A stretch of 64,000 bases of DNA from IMG/VR virus record IMGVR_UViG_3300020429_000529, positions 326,762 to 390,761 of that record, one strand, 5' to 3'. The notes under the pieces were generated by a model. It searched no databases, was not told where the DNA came from, and saw only the letters and a list, made by a program, of their open reading frames with translations. A program made the translations under genes and the position numbers. Below are positions 49,054 through 58,549 of this stretch, one piece after another. This stretch comes from a virus. How positions within the stretch are numbered: position 1 is the first letter of the stretch; every line of letters starts with the position of its first letter.

Positions 49054-49980
49054 ATGTTCAATTGGACAAAGCCGTTTATCGGTCTGGTATTTGTCTTGTT
49101 GTCGGGTTGTTCGACAATGCAGGCATCGGATCGGCAGCAAACATCAACTGAGCGATACGCAATCCGAACCAGGATTATCGTTGAAGAAATGGGCGATCGT
49201 TCTGCTCGGTCCTATGGCGACATCGTTCGAGACATTGAAAGAACCGAGCAGATCTATAACGGACTTGGAATGGAGTTCATTGTCGTTGAGATGGCGCTCG
49301 CTCGACCGAATCAAGAGTGGTATGCCTACGCAGCGCAAGATGCAGCGAAGTACGAAGACACGCTGAGTATCTACTACACTTTTTGGCGTCCTGCGACAGG
49401 TCGATCGATGTCTCCGATTATTGGCATGGGATCGTTACCATTTGGCACGCCTTCTCTTGGCGTTTTCATTTATGGCCCCGCCATGGATAACAACTCACTG
49501 GCCCATGAGATCGGGCACTACTTCGGTCTACTTCACACATTTGAGGGCGGAATCAACGGAGACTTCGTGAATGATACGCAATCCCGAGAAGAGTATGCCG
49601 ATCAGAATGGAGAAGAAGCAGATTACTACAGGTATGGAAATGTGATGAACTATCACTACCCGAACCTGTTGCCTTCAGTAACGGCAGGGCAAGAGGAAAG
49701 GATGCGATTCTATCTCGGAAAGCATCGTAAGAATCACGTTCTTGCCGATAGTGAAATCAGGCAAAAGCCGCAGCAATCCCCTGAGATTGTGATAATCTTT
49801 GAAGAAGCGGAGTCAGATGATGTCAAAGAAGATACGGATTTGGACAATCGGGTCGGAGACAAAGCCAGCATCGGAGGAGGACGTTCAGGACTTCGAGAGC
49901 CGACTGAAAGAGGCGTTCAAGACGCCTTCACCAGACGGTTCTTTCGATGTGACTGTTCCCTATCCTGTTCATCTGACTGA
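49054..49980 (+). CDS. zinc metallopeptidase (M43/pappalysin-like HExxHxxGxxH) lipoprotein
   Basis: CGAGGAGG RBS; signal peptide + lipobox LLSGC; AHEIGHYFGLLHTF zinc-binding motif. Confidence 0.75.
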   Translation: MFNWTKPFIGLVFVLLSGCSTMQASDRQQTSTERYAIRTRIIVEEMGDRSARSYGDIVRDIERTEQIYNGLGMEFIVVEMALARPNQEWYAYAAQDAAKYEDTLSIYYTFWRPATGRSMSPIIGMGSLPFGTPSLGVFIYGPAMDNNSLAHEIGHYFGLLHTFEGGINGDFVNDTQSREEYADQNGEEADYYRYGNVMNYHYPNLLPSVTAGQEERMRFYLGKHRKNHVLADSEIRQKPQQSPEIVIIFEEAESDDVKEDTDLDNRVGDKASIGGGRSGLREPTERGVQDAFTRRFFRCDCSLSCSSD

Positions 49981-50206
49981 GGCATCGTCAGATGTTTTCT
50001 GCTCAGGTTCGTTTGATATAACAGGCGATTTGTCGAACACAACAAACGCCATGATCTCTTATGGATCAGTCAGCATGAACGGTTCGGGAGCGGGTACTTG
50101 GACAACCAACTCGGGCGCACCAGGTGGCATCTTCATCAGCGGTATACAGCAGGTTGTTGAAGACAAGAAGGATGAGCCCGAAGATCCAAGGATGAGACCT
50201 CTGTGA
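49817..50206 (+). CDS. hypothetical protein (overlaps the protease 3' end in another frame)
   Basis: ATGATG with AAGCGGAG RBS; the 164-nt overlap makes this uncertain. Confidence 0.3.
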   Translation: MMSKKIRIWTIGSETKPASEEDVQDFESRLKEAFKTPSPDGSFDVTVPYPVHLTEASSDVFCSGSFDITGDLSNTTNAMISYGSVSMNGSGAGTWTTNSGAPGGIFISGIQQVVEDKKDEPEDPRMRPL

Positions 50207-50517
50207 TTCCGGATCCAGTTCTTCCAATCTTCGATCAACCATTGATTCCTCAGCTTGAGTTCGTTGAACTTCCGCCGAGAGAATGGCAACTGCCCAAAGA
50301 AGGCGAATGGGCCAGGTTCCTCTTTCCTCATGCAGGACAAGACGATCCTCAAAGAGAAGTTGTCGGAAAGATACTCAAGTATCAATGGATAGGCTCAACA
50401 AGCATGGGCGTTGTCCGTATGTTCTTTCGCGAACAAAACACAACCCACTACCAGTTGACTGTTGTCAATCCGGCAGACGGCTATGAGCGAGTTTCTGCAC
50501 CTGAGGAGGACGTATGA
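50203..50517 (+). CDS. hypothetical protein
   Basis: ATGA overlap; 104 aa. Confidence 0.45.
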   Translation: MIPDPVLPIFDQPLIPQLEFVELPPREWQLPKEGEWARFLFPHAGQDDPQREVVGKILKYQWIGSTSMGVVRMFFREQNTTHYQLTVVNPADGYERVSAPEEDV

Positions 50518-50822
50518 GCGCGGTACAATGTCAGACGAATGGACAGCCCTATACTCCAACAGCGGACGAGTTGCTTGCAAGACGAATCGCAAGTGAGCGA
50601 GTTCGGGTCGTTGATGGCAAGGGAGTCTATGGCGTCTATATTCTCAACAAGAACCACGGCGAAGCTGAATGGCAAGAAGTAGCAACGTACAAGTATGGCG
50701 ATGCAGCAGATGATTTGGAGATTGAGCTACGGCAGACGATCAAGGAAGCCGTGTTTGATACTCTGACAGAGATGAGAAATGGGAATACGAATCAAGAAGG
50801 CGCTGGTTTGGGCTCTGCCTGA
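50514..50822 (+). CDS. hypothetical protein
   Basis: ATGA overlap; 102 aa. Confidence 0.45.
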   Translation: MSAVQCQTNGQPYTPTADELLARRIASERVRVVDGKGVYGVYILNKNHGEAEWQEVATYKYGDAADDLEIELRQTIKEAVFDTLTEMRNGNTNQEGAGLGSA

Positions 50823-51567
50823 TGTTCAGGTTGAAAATCTGCGCATCGTTGATCCTCGATTCAGCGAGAGCTTTCTCGCGGACGAACAAAGCAACGACGA
50901 TCGCCACGAATGGAGAAATCGAGCAACCTTTGCTCAGTTCCTTGACTGGTTGAAGAGCAACAAGGACGAAGCGGTAGCGGTTCTTGGTTCTCAGGATCCC
51001 AGCAAGTTTGGACACAGCGCTCAGATCTCGTTCATCCTTCATAGTCATGGTAAAGATGGACCTGTTGAAAGAACAGCAAACGATTTCATCTTTGAGCCTG
51101 TCTATGATACGGAGTTCGGTATCCCAGAAGTCTTCGGCTTCGTTGCCGGTCTTGAGAAGAACTACATCCGAAGAGACGACACTCTCGATTACTACACTGA
51201 GGCGAAGTTTACGCCCAAGCATGAATCTCCGCCAAACTGGATCGATTGGCAACCATGCGGCATCTATCCCTGGTTAGGGATGGTTCATATGCCGATTGGC
51301 GAACAACCGGCGTTCGCAAATGAAGAGCAAGGTCGAGACTGGCAAATGCTAATGCCTGCCGAGTATCAGATGATGGTCGGCGAGTTTGCTGAAAAGCACA
51401 GCCCCTCCATGGGGTACGAAATTGCTGAATACCTGAAAATCCATTATCGCCCCATTATCCCGCCTGCGATCGTCCTTTGGACGCATTGGCTCGGCGATCG
51501 ACTATGGGCTGATTGGAACTCTACAGTCAACCAGCTACGACCTGCTATGTATACCTATTGGAGTTAG
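50779..51567 (+). CDS. hypothetical protein
   Basis: 262 aa; overlaps the upstream gene by 44 nt. Confidence 0.5.
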   Translation: MGIRIKKALVWALPDVQVENLRIVDPRFSESFLADEQSNDDRHEWRNRATFAQFLDWLKSNKDEAVAVLGSQDPSKFGHSAQISFILHSHGKDGPVERTANDFIFEPVYDTEFGIPEVFGFVAGLEKNYIRRDDTLDYYTEAKFTPKHESPPNWIDWQPCGIYPWLGMVHMPIGEQPAFANEEQGRDWQMLMPAEYQMMVGEFAEKHSPSMGYEIAEYLKIHYRPIIPPAIVLWTHWLGDRLWADWNSTVNQLRPAMYTYWS

Positions 51568-51786
51568 CGCTGACAGAAGTTAGAAACATCAGGATTTGTA
51601 AGCTTCCATACCAGAAGCATCCGTTCGTTCACGGAGAACGAAACGGCAAAGATGTCTGGTTATTGGATGATGGAACGTGGACAGAAGAAGACGGACATCC
51701 AAGAGCGTCGATACCTCTCTATGCAGATACCGATCTAATGCCTCGCTCTACAAGTTCTACACGAGAAAAAGAGGAATGAAAGACTC

Positions 51787-52419
51787 ATGGATTATTTTAC
51801 CGCAGACCCGCATTTCGGGCACGCAAACATCATCAAGTTTTTGAATCGCCCATTCGCCTCGGTTGAGGAAATGGACGCAACGATTCTTGAGAACATCAAC
51901 AAGCAAGTAGGAGTCGATGACCGATTGTTTGTCATCGGAGATTTCTGCTGGCACAACAGACAAAACGAGTACCTGAATCGGTTGACTTGTCGGAACGTTG
52001 TTCTGATTCGAGGCAATCACGATTTCAAGGGCAACTACGATCTCCGCAAGAGCCACAAGATACAGGGCTATGAACAGTTTGCGGGCGTCTATGACCATTA
52101 CGAACTCAAAGTAACGGTCAAGGGGCAGCCGCAGTTCATTGTCATGTATCATTACCCGACTCTTGAATGGAACCGTTGGCATCATGGAAGCTGGCATCTC
52201 TTTGGTCATGTTCATGGCAAGCGATGTGGAGACTTCGAGAATGAGCTTGCGATCGATGCCGGCGTTGATGTTCATGACTTCAAGCCGCTCAGCGTCAATG
52301 ACGTTGCGAGAATCATGTCTGAGAAAGACTGGGAGAGTCCGAAGGTTCGGTGGGCCAAGTCGAACGATCTTTGGGTCAAAGACGGCGAGGTCGAGAACCG
52401 AGCGATGACTGATCGATAA
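51787..52419 (+). CDS. metallophosphoesterase (calcineurin-like)
   Basis: AGAGGAA RBS; FTADPHFGH...VIGDFCWHN...GNHD...GHVH motifs. Confidence 0.8.
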   Translation: MDYFTADPHFGHANIIKFLNRPFASVEEMDATILENINKQVGVDDRLFVIGDFCWHNRQNEYLNRLTCRNVVLIRGNHDFKGNYDLRKSHKIQGYEQFAGVYDHYELKVTVKGQPQFIVMYHYPTLEWNRWHHGSWHLFGHVHGKRCGDFENELAIDAGVDVHDFKPLSVNDVARIMSEKDWESPKVRWAKSNDLWVKDGEVENRAMTDR

Positions 52420-52535
52420 TCGCTGTTTGCGGGCACCTCCCGATTGCTGGTGACGCTTGAATAGGCTATCATGAGTCTGCGGATAAATCGCGCAGATTCA
52501 TGTTTTACCTGCGCACTTGACAAGGCGATACTCAG

Positions 52536-52826
52536 ATGAGGGAAACGATTGTTGTCAGCGGCGAACCTGATGCAGAGCAGAAGCGCTGTTACGATTGTTT
52601 CTACATGCGAGGGGCCTGTTCTTGGTGGTGCAAAAACGAAGAAGCCATCAAGTTCAGAGGAACCAGAATCCCTGGAGTGAGGGAATGCAAGTTCTGGAAA
52701 CCGGCTCGAAAAGTGTCTGATCTCAGCATGGGCGAACGGTTAGCCTTCCATCTTGACGTACTTGGGCTTGGTTTTGTGCCACTGACGATCGAAGCGTCGG
52801 AGCAAACAGAGACAACGCCTCAATAG
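52536..52826 (+). CDS. Cys-rich hypothetical protein
   Basis: 96 aa with CYDCFYMRGACSWWC; its TAG stop is the U8-A9-G10 of the suppressor tRNA. Confidence 0.4.
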   Translation: MRETIVVSGEPDAEQKRCYDCFYMRGACSWWCKNEEAIKFRGTRIPGVRECKFWKPARKVSDLSMGERLAFHLDVLGLGFVPLTIEASEQTETTPQ

Positions 52827-52888
52827 CTCAATTGGCAGAGCAGCGGGCTCTAACCCCGCGGTTGGGGGTTCAAGTCCCCCTTGAGGCA
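52817..52888 (+). tRNA. amber suppressor tRNA (anticodon CUA, reads UAG)
   Basis: gcctcaa/ttgaggc acceptor, D-arm tagctcaattggcagagca (same as tRNA-Lys(CUU) at 3359), anticodon arm gcggg-CUCUAAC-cccgc, T-arm gggggTTCAAGTccccc. Confidence 0.8.
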
Positions 52889-52892
52889 TTCG

Positions 52893-53060
52893 ATGAAGAA
52901 GACAGTTGTCAAAGTCGAAGTTGAGATCTGCTACGATCCTGATGCAGATGCTCCGATTGAGTTCGAAAACGAACGAGACATCGTGGAGCATTTCGCTTCT
53001 TGCGTCATCGGCAATGATTTTGCGTCAGTTTCAATTCTCTACGAGGGCGAGGAGTTTTAG
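52893..53060 (+). CDS. small hypothetical protein (55 aa)
   Basis: ATG 5 nt after the tRNA; acidic sequence that reads better than the overlapping ORF-track ORF 52906-53151. Confidence 0.4.
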   Translation: MKKTVVKVEVEICYDPDADAPIEFENERDIVEHFASCVIGNDFASVSILYEGEEF

Positions 53061-53062
53061 TT

Positions 53063-53419
53063 ATGGGCTTCAGCTATTCAGTTTACTGCGGACCTGCGAT
53101 CGTCATTCTCGACAATGGCGAAAAAGGGCCGAGTTGGTACGATGTCTCTGAAGCTACAGATGAACGCCTGTCTGAAAGCAGGATTGAAATCCGCAAAGAC
53201 AACGAGCCTCGCTACTTCATCCCGAACATCGGAGGCTACGGGAAAGACATCGACCCGAGAGAAAACACCGATGTCTCTGTCGTTGAGATCGATAAGATCG
53301 AAAAAGACATCAACAAGTTCGAATCAGAGTTCAGCGCTGATATCGAGAAGGTCAAGAGCATGTTCCCAGGAGAAGGTCGGGTCGCCATCAAGTGGGTGAT
53401 CCTCAGTGATGCGAGATGA
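53063..53419 (+). CDS. hypothetical protein
   Basis: GAGGAG RBS; 118 aa. Confidence 0.55.
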   Translation: MGFSYSVYCGPAIVILDNGEKGPSWYDVSEATDERLSESRIEIRKDNEPRYFIPNIGGYGKDIDPRENTDVSVVEIDKIEKDINKFESEFSADIEKVKSMFPGEGRVAIKWVILSDAR

Positions 53420-53826
53420 CATACGACCCGACCCAACCTGCGGACATCCATAATCCTCTGCCTCAGTCGCAATGGCCGATCAGAGAGGGGAAGGCGGTTG
53501 TTTGTATCGATCCTCGTTCGGATGATCGACTGACTATTGTTGACGAGGCAAAAGTCAGGTTCTACAATCCTGCAACGCATGGCAGTATGGTGGTTACAAA
53601 GGGTAGGCCCTTTTTTACCATTGAGTTTGGTGGAACTGCTCAGGTTGTTGACGCCAACAATGTCTTTCCTGACAACCAGACAGGTCGCAAGCAGTTGTTG
53701 AGCCGCCGAGCCCATTTGCTGAGAGATCTCGCCCAGAGGAAGCGAGAGGCTGCGCAGCGCATGCTGGATAGGGCGGACGAGTTGGACAGAGAAGCAATCC
53801 TCAATGAGAAATCGAGCCGAGCATGA
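53416..53826 (+). CDS. hypothetical protein
   Basis: ATGA overlap; 136 aa. Confidence 0.5.
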   Translation: MTYDPTQPADIHNPLPQSQWPIREGKAVVCIDPRSDDRLTIVDEAKVRFYNPATHGSMVVTKGRPFFTIEFGGTAQVVDANNVFPDNQTGRKQLLSRRAHLLRDLAQRKREAAQRMLDRADELDREAILNEKSSRA

Positions 53827-54233
53827 GCGACCAGATCAACTTCCGTATGCCTCGCGTCTTTGTTGGAGGCCCTTGGACCAAACCTGATCCTTTGGCGAAT
53901 GTCAATGCAACGCTCAAGTTGCGATCCGATATTCAAGCCGCAGGCACGGTCCATACGGTTTGCTCGATGTGCGATACCTTCCTTTGGGGGACGGTCTACC
54001 CGAGCAACTACGAAGAGCAAACGATGTTCTGCTTGCATGAACTGGCAAGCTGCGACATCGCCGTTTTCCGTCGAGGCGAATCTTCGGGTAGGGATCGAGA
54101 GATTCAGATCTGCAACGACCTCGGTATTCCAGTTTTCTGGGAGGGCGAACTGCGGGGCTTTTGGGATCTGGTCAAGGAGTACCAGAACGGCGAGAAGACG
54201 CCCAAGTGGGCAATGCAACTGCAAAGGGTCTAA
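53823..54233 (+). CDS. hypothetical protein (possible nucleoside 2-deoxyribosyltransferase-like fold)
   Basis: ATGA overlap; PRVFVGGPW...DIAVFRRGESSGRDREI. Confidence 0.45.
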   Translation: MSDQINFRMPRVFVGGPWTKPDPLANVNATLKLRSDIQAAGTVHTVCSMCDTFLWGTVYPSNYEEQTMFCLHELASCDIAVFRRGESSGRDREIQICNDLGIPVFWEGELRGFWDLVKEYQNGEKTPKWAMQLQRV

Positions 54234-54236
54234 ACG

Positions 54237-54920
54237 ATGGGAGCCACAGCCGTAGCCAGTTCGAACGATGTCAAGAGCGTCATGGTCGGAAAGAACATGG
54301 CTCCTGTTGGCGTGGCTCCGTCCATTGTCCTCGAAGACCCCAAGTACGCCCGCAACGTTTCGCAGATCGTCCGTCTGGCGTCTGGATATGACATCAATCA
54401 GGTCTTTTTCACGGGCAATCGAGTCAGCTTGACAGACCCGACAAAGAACCTTGATGGGCGAAGCGGTTCTCGCACGAAGAAGGGAGCGGGCAAGGCTCGT
54501 TTGCCTCGCGAGGAGCGGATGAAGGGTTATCAGAAGGTTGACATCTGTCATCATGACAGGCCCTTTGATTGTTTCTCATCAGGTATTCCTGTCATTGGCA
54601 TCGAGCTTCGAGAAGGCGCTCTGCCTCTGCATCAGTTTGAGCATCCCGAAGAAGCCATCTATGTCTTTGGACCCGAAGACGGCAGCATCAATCGACTGTC
54701 TCGACAGGTTCATCAGTTTGTCGTTATCCCGGTTGCGCATTGTTTGAATCTTGCCACAGCGGTTTCGACAATTCTTTGGGATCGCAAGCGTCAGCTTATC
54801 GAGCGAGGTTTGCTACCTGATCTTACGATGGATGAACTGCTTGTTGGAGACCGAGCAAGTCTTCGCATGCAGGACTTTGAGTCTGATGACATGCTGTTTG
54901 ATGGAGGGGGCAAGCGTTGA
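54237..54920 (+). CDS. SpoU/TrmH-family RNA 2'-O-methyltransferase (SPOUT)
   Basis: YVFGPEDGSINRLSRQVHQFVVIPVAHCLNLATAVSTILWD matches the SpoU C-terminal knot motifs. Confidence 0.7.
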   Translation: MGATAVASSNDVKSVMVGKNMAPVGVAPSIVLEDPKYARNVSQIVRLASGYDINQVFFTGNRVSLTDPTKNLDGRSGSRTKKGAGKARLPREERMKGYQKVDICHHDRPFDCFSSGIPVIGIELREGALPLHQFEHPEEAIYVFGPEDGSINRLSRQVHQFVVIPVAHCLNLATAVSTILWDRKRQLIERGLLPDLTMDELLVGDRASLRMQDFESDDMLFDGGGKR

Positions 54921-55633
54921 TTCTACATCTGGTACGACATGGAGAGTCGCAAGCCAATACGGGAGAAATCCCTCATGGCAGTATCGGCGACCACAAGGTT
55001 CCCCTGACCGAGAAGGGCAAACAGCAGGCTCGTTTCCGAGGCGCTGCGCTTCGAGATGCTGGTTTTGGTCTTGACGAAGATTACCTGATCTATTGTTCTC
55101 CGTATCGTCGGGCGAGAGAAACTCTTGCCTGCATACTTGAAGGTAACGGGATTGCCGATGCTTCGAAGGTCACGGTCTACGAAGATCCTCGACTACGAGA
55201 AGTTGACCATGGCTATAGCGATGTAGCAGCGCAAGATGCGATGCGCGCTGAACATGGTTGGTTCTATTATCGATTCAAGGAAGGCGAATCGCCTGCTGAT
55301 TGTTTCGATCGTTGCTGCACGTTCCTTGAGAGTCTAAAACGTCAGGTCTATCGTAAGTTTCCTCCTGTTCCGGCAAGTTTGCGTTTGAGTCTTAGCGGCC
55401 CCGATCGTCCTCGGCGAGTCCTGATTGTCTCTCATGGGCTTACGCTTCGGTGCTTTGTTACTCGCTACATGCACTTGACTGTTGAACAGTTCGAGACTTT
55501 GGCAAACCCGCATAACTGCGATCTGATTACTATTACTCCTCATGAAGGAATGAAAGACCCGCAGTTTATAAGCGGTCGATGGGGTATTGAAGGTCTTCGA
55601 TTTAGGGGCTCTTCGAACAGGAGCGAAGCATGA
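54917..55633 (+). CDS. histidine phosphatase (phosphoglycerate mutase family)
   Basis: TTGA-overlap TTG start; LVRHGESQAN...SPYRRARET...IVSHG motifs. Confidence 0.8.
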   Translation: MILHLVRHGESQANTGEIPHGSIGDHKVPLTEKGKQQARFRGAALRDAGFGLDEDYLIYCSPYRRARETLACILEGNGIADASKVTVYEDPRLREVDHGYSDVAAQDAMRAEHGWFYYRFKEGESPADCFDRCCTFLESLKRQVYRKFPPVPASLRLSLSGPDRPRRVLIVSHGLTLRCFVTRYMHLTVEQFETLANPHNCDLITITPHEGMKDPQFISGRWGIEGLRFRGSSNRSEA

Positions 55634-56028
55634 AGCTCTTTGTCCCTCCTCTTAAGACCGAACTCAAGCTAACGTCTGCATGGACGTTTGACCTGCATCA
55701 CGAACATCGCAACAAGAAGATGTTCGAATTCATGAACCTCGATTACACTAACCCTTGGCAATGGAGAAGGGGGCATGACGATCGTTGGGGTCGTTTGCCT
55801 GATCCTGTTTCTATCAAGTTGCCGAAGGGTACTGTTCTGGTTGTTGATCGAATCTACATTCGTCAGCAAGCGGAGGACTTCGACAGCATCACGTTCCGAA
55901 TCAAGAGTTTTCCGGGCAAATCTCCGAGCGGCAAGAAGACTGCTCGTTTCTGGGCAAAGCTCGATGACTGTAATGGTATAAACGTTCAAGTTCTTACCGG
56001 CGAAGAATCGCCCAAGGAGAAGGTATAA
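55630..56028 (+). CDS. hypothetical protein
   Basis: ATGA overlap; 132 aa. Confidence 0.5.
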   Translation: MKLFVPPLKTELKLTSAWTFDLHHEHRNKKMFEFMNLDYTNPWQWRRGHDDRWGRLPDPVSIKLPKGTVLVVDRIYIRQQAEDFDSITFRIKSFPGKSPSGKKTARFWAKLDDCNGINVQVLTGEESPKEKV

Positions 56029-56032
56029 GCCC

Positions 56033-56323
56033 ATGAAAATTCAAGCCGCTAATGCCAAGACTCTTCTTGACCTGCAAACAGAGAAGAGTGTTGTAGAGGG
56101 CTATGTCAAGAAGCTGCAAGAGCTTCTTGATTCTGATGGAGAGTTCTCTATCTGCGTCAGACACGACAGATACTACGGCAGCGAGCGCGATTGCAGTTTT
56201 GACCACTACAACTACGGCATGACATTCCCGAGAGAATCTCGCTTCATTCAGCCTATGATCGAACACTGGAAGGCAAAGCTTCGGGAGGTCGAACAGAAGA
56301 TTGATCGATTGGCGGTGGTTTGA
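56033..56323 (+). CDS. hypothetical protein
   Basis: 96 aa. Confidence 0.5.
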   Translation: MKIQAANAKTLLDLQTEKSVVEGYVKKLQELLDSDGEFSICVRHDRYYGSERDCSFDHYNYGMTFPRESRFIQPMIEHWKAKLREVEQKIDRLAVV

Positions 56324-56916
56324 TGGCGGTCTTGACTGAACAACGGCTCAAGGAGCTTCGTCTGGTTTCTAATCGAGTTGTACGAGCGAAGGACTTTGCT
56401 CGTACAGCCCATCAGGGGCAGACAAGAGATGACGGCGCGGAATACTTCTCTCATCCGTCGAGAGTTGTTGATCGAGTTCGAGGTTACTCGGGCGACGAGA
56501 ACACCATCTGCGCCGCATGGTTGCATGATACGATCGAGGATTGCGAGGGCGTTACTTCGGAGATGCTGCAGGATCTCTTCGGTTCTCAGGTTACGAGCAT
56601 CGTTGAAGAACTGACGCTCCCTGAGATTCCTTCTAAGATCAGTCCTCCTCATCGGTGGCAATACAAGACGGATCTGCTCGTCAAAAAGGCAGGCACGATG
56701 TCTAATGAGGCGAAGCTGGTCAAGATTTGCGACCGCATTGACAACTTGAATTCTGCGATGACGGATTGGAAGCCCCGTCGTCTTGTCCGTTACGCTATTC
56801 AGGGCTGCAAGATGCTGGAAGCTATGCGCCCTCTCGATCCGATGCATCAGCAAGCTGCAAACGACCTGCTCTTTCTGATCGCTCAGATCTTGATCGAAAA
56901 CCAACAGTCCTCGTAG
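56323..56916 (+). CDS. HD-domain phosphohydrolase (RelA/SpoT-type HD)
   Basis: ARTAHQGQTRDDGAEYFSHPSRVV...AAWLHDTIED motifs; its TAG stop is the tRNA's U8-A9-G10. Confidence 0.7.
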   Translation: MAVLTEQRLKELRLVSNRVVRAKDFARTAHQGQTRDDGAEYFSHPSRVVDRVRGYSGDENTICAAWLHDTIEDCEGVTSEMLQDLFGSQVTSIVEELTLPEIPSKISPPHRWQYKTDLLVKKAGTMSNEAKLVKICDRIDNLNSAMTDWKPRRLVRYAIQGCKMLEAMRPLDPMHQQAANDLLFLIAQILIENQQSS

Positions 56917-56982
56917 CTCAGTATGGCCAGAGCCGCCGACTCTAAATCGGTGTGAGCGCGGGTTCGAGTCCCGCCGAGGACG
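56907..56982 (+). tRNA. amber suppressor tRNA (anticodon CUA), second copy with a different body
   Basis: gtcctcg/cgaggac acceptor, D-stem gctc/gagc, anticodon arm gccga-CUCUAAA-tcggt, T-arm gcgggTTCGAGTcccgc. Confidence 0.75.
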
Positions 56983-56998
56983 TTCATGGAGGAACAAC

Positions 56999-57508
56999 AT
57001 GCTGTCTGTTTTGGCTGAACTTGAAGATGAGACTTTGCCTCGTTTGTTGATGGACCCGAACTGGTCAAGTCTCGATATCAATCATGAAAACCCTCGGGTA
57101 GAGAGGGTTTGGCGACAGTGGGGCGATTATCGCATTTGTCTGCATCGTATTCATCAATGCGCTGAAGACGAGGCTCATTTCCATCCTCATCCTTGGCCGT
57201 CCGCTATGCGGATTATCTCCGGTCATTACGAGATGGGTATCGGTTATTCCGAAACCGATCAGCCTCCTCCATGCGCTGCTGTCGTTCGAGGTTCGGACGG
57301 CATGACATACGAGATGACTGACCCGAATGGATGGCATTATGTCCGTCCTTTGAGCCGAGAGGTTATCTCGCTGATGATTACCGGCAAAAGATGGGGTCGA
57401 ACGGATCTGCTCAAGCCGCAGGGTCTCAAGCCTCTGTCGGAAGATCGATTGCATGAGATCATCGATATCTTTGCTCGGATCTATGTCAGCGAGGATATGA
57501 TGGAGTGA
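56999..57508 (+). CDS. hypothetical protein
   Basis: TGGAGGAAC RBS; 169 aa. Confidence 0.55.
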   Translation: MLSVLAELEDETLPRLLMDPNWSSLDINHENPRVERVWRQWGDYRICLHRIHQCAEDEAHFHPHPWPSAMRIISGHYEMGIGYSETDQPPPCAAVVRGSDGMTYEMTDPNGWHYVRPLSREVISLMITGKRWGRTDLLKPQGLKPLSEDRLHEIIDIFARIYVSEDMME

Positions 57509-57518
57509 CGGGAGCCTT

Positions 57519-57911
57519 ATGGATGACCTGCCAGATCTTGTTGCTAATCGCTATTCGGAAGGAGAGATCCAGGCTTTCCTGTGGTTCTTGTTTGGCTGTC
57601 TCATCCTCGTTATCGTTGCGTATGTCATAGCCGCTTTCATTAGAGCGTCTACCGAGAGTCCTTTTCAGTTTCTCGTTCGACCGATCAAGAAGACCAGACT
57701 AAGAAGAGTCAGCGAAGACGAACTCAAGAGACCGTTTACAGCAGGAACAAGGAAGAGCATTCGTTCGGTTGTCTGGGGATTCATTAAGCAGGTTTGGCCT
57801 CGGCGTCAAAAGAAATCGCGCCGACCGAAGAAGATCAGCAAGACAGAGTATCCTCGTTGCATAAACCAATCGTTTCCAGAAGAGAAAAGGGCAGATGATG
57901 ACAGGTCATGA
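57519..57911 (+). CDS. membrane protein (one TM helix, basic C-terminus)
   Basis: FLWFLFGCLILVIVAYVIAAFI. Confidence 0.45.
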   Translation: MDDLPDLVANRYSEGEIQAFLWFLFGCLILVIVAYVIAAFIRASTESPFQFLVRPIKKTRLRRVSEDELKRPFTAGTRKSIRSVVWGFIKQVWPRRQKKSRRPKKISKTEYPRCINQSFPEEKRADDDRS

Positions 57912-58455
57912 AGAAGGCACAAGGGTTGTGGCTGTTAGAAACGGCAACAAGGATGCGGTCTATATTTTCGGGTACGGTACTTATGTTGGCAATCGCCGAC
58001 TCCCTCCTGAAATGCCTTCTATCTTCGGGACCAATGAAGAGTCCATGCGCAAGATCATGACGCAGGAATATCTCGGCAAGCCAAAGCAAAGCATCTCTGA
58101 GATACTTGATCGTTCCAGGATGACCGAACCTGCTCATATCGCTGAATATGATGCGGCGATCGAGAGAGAAGAAACAGAAAAGGCCGCAGGCACGTTTGTC
58201 TACAGCGAGAAAGATATCGAGACCATGATTGATAGGTCTCGTCGAAACCCCTGCATCGAACTGGACAGCGGAGAGATTGTTTGGGGCTGCGAATGCTGGT
58301 GGGGTCCAGAAGAGGATTTCAAGAAGTCCATCGGCGACAAGCCTGTTGAAGTGGTCAGTTTGCAGGATTTCCGCCGTGAAGTTAGAGAAGCTGCCGCAAC
58401 CAGGCAACTCGAACCAGAGCAGGATGACGATCAGCAACCGAAAACCGAATCCTGA
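57895..58455 (+). CDS. hypothetical protein
   Basis: 186 aa; start overlaps the upstream gene end. Confidence 0.5.
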   Translation: MMTGHEEGTRVVAVRNGNKDAVYIFGYGTYVGNRRLPPEMPSIFGTNEESMRKIMTQEYLGKPKQSISEILDRSRMTEPAHIAEYDAAIEREETEKAAGTFVYSEKDIETMIDRSRRNPCIELDSGEIVWGCECWWGPEEDFKKSIGDKPVEVVSLQDFRREVREAAATRQLEPEQDDDQQPKTES

Positions 58456-58549
58456 AATCTGTCTTGCCACTGACGCTCCGAGCGCTACAGTAAGAGCATG
58501 TAGGCTATAAGCCTTTTGTGTTCCGAGACATAGATGAAGGAGAGATACG

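Noticed and set aside
51513-51779. 88-aa ORF between 50779-51567 and the metallophosphoesterase gene
   Set aside because: No RBS, overlaps the upstream gene by 55 nt, and starts with an unlikely MELYSQ; probably noncoding or a mis-framed tail.
52497-52535. TTGACA at 52517 upstream of CDS 52536 as a promoter
   Set aside because: No -10 hexamer at 16-18 nt spacing (GATACT is only 4 nt away); more likely another copy of the CTTGACAAG-type motif than a sigma70 promoter.
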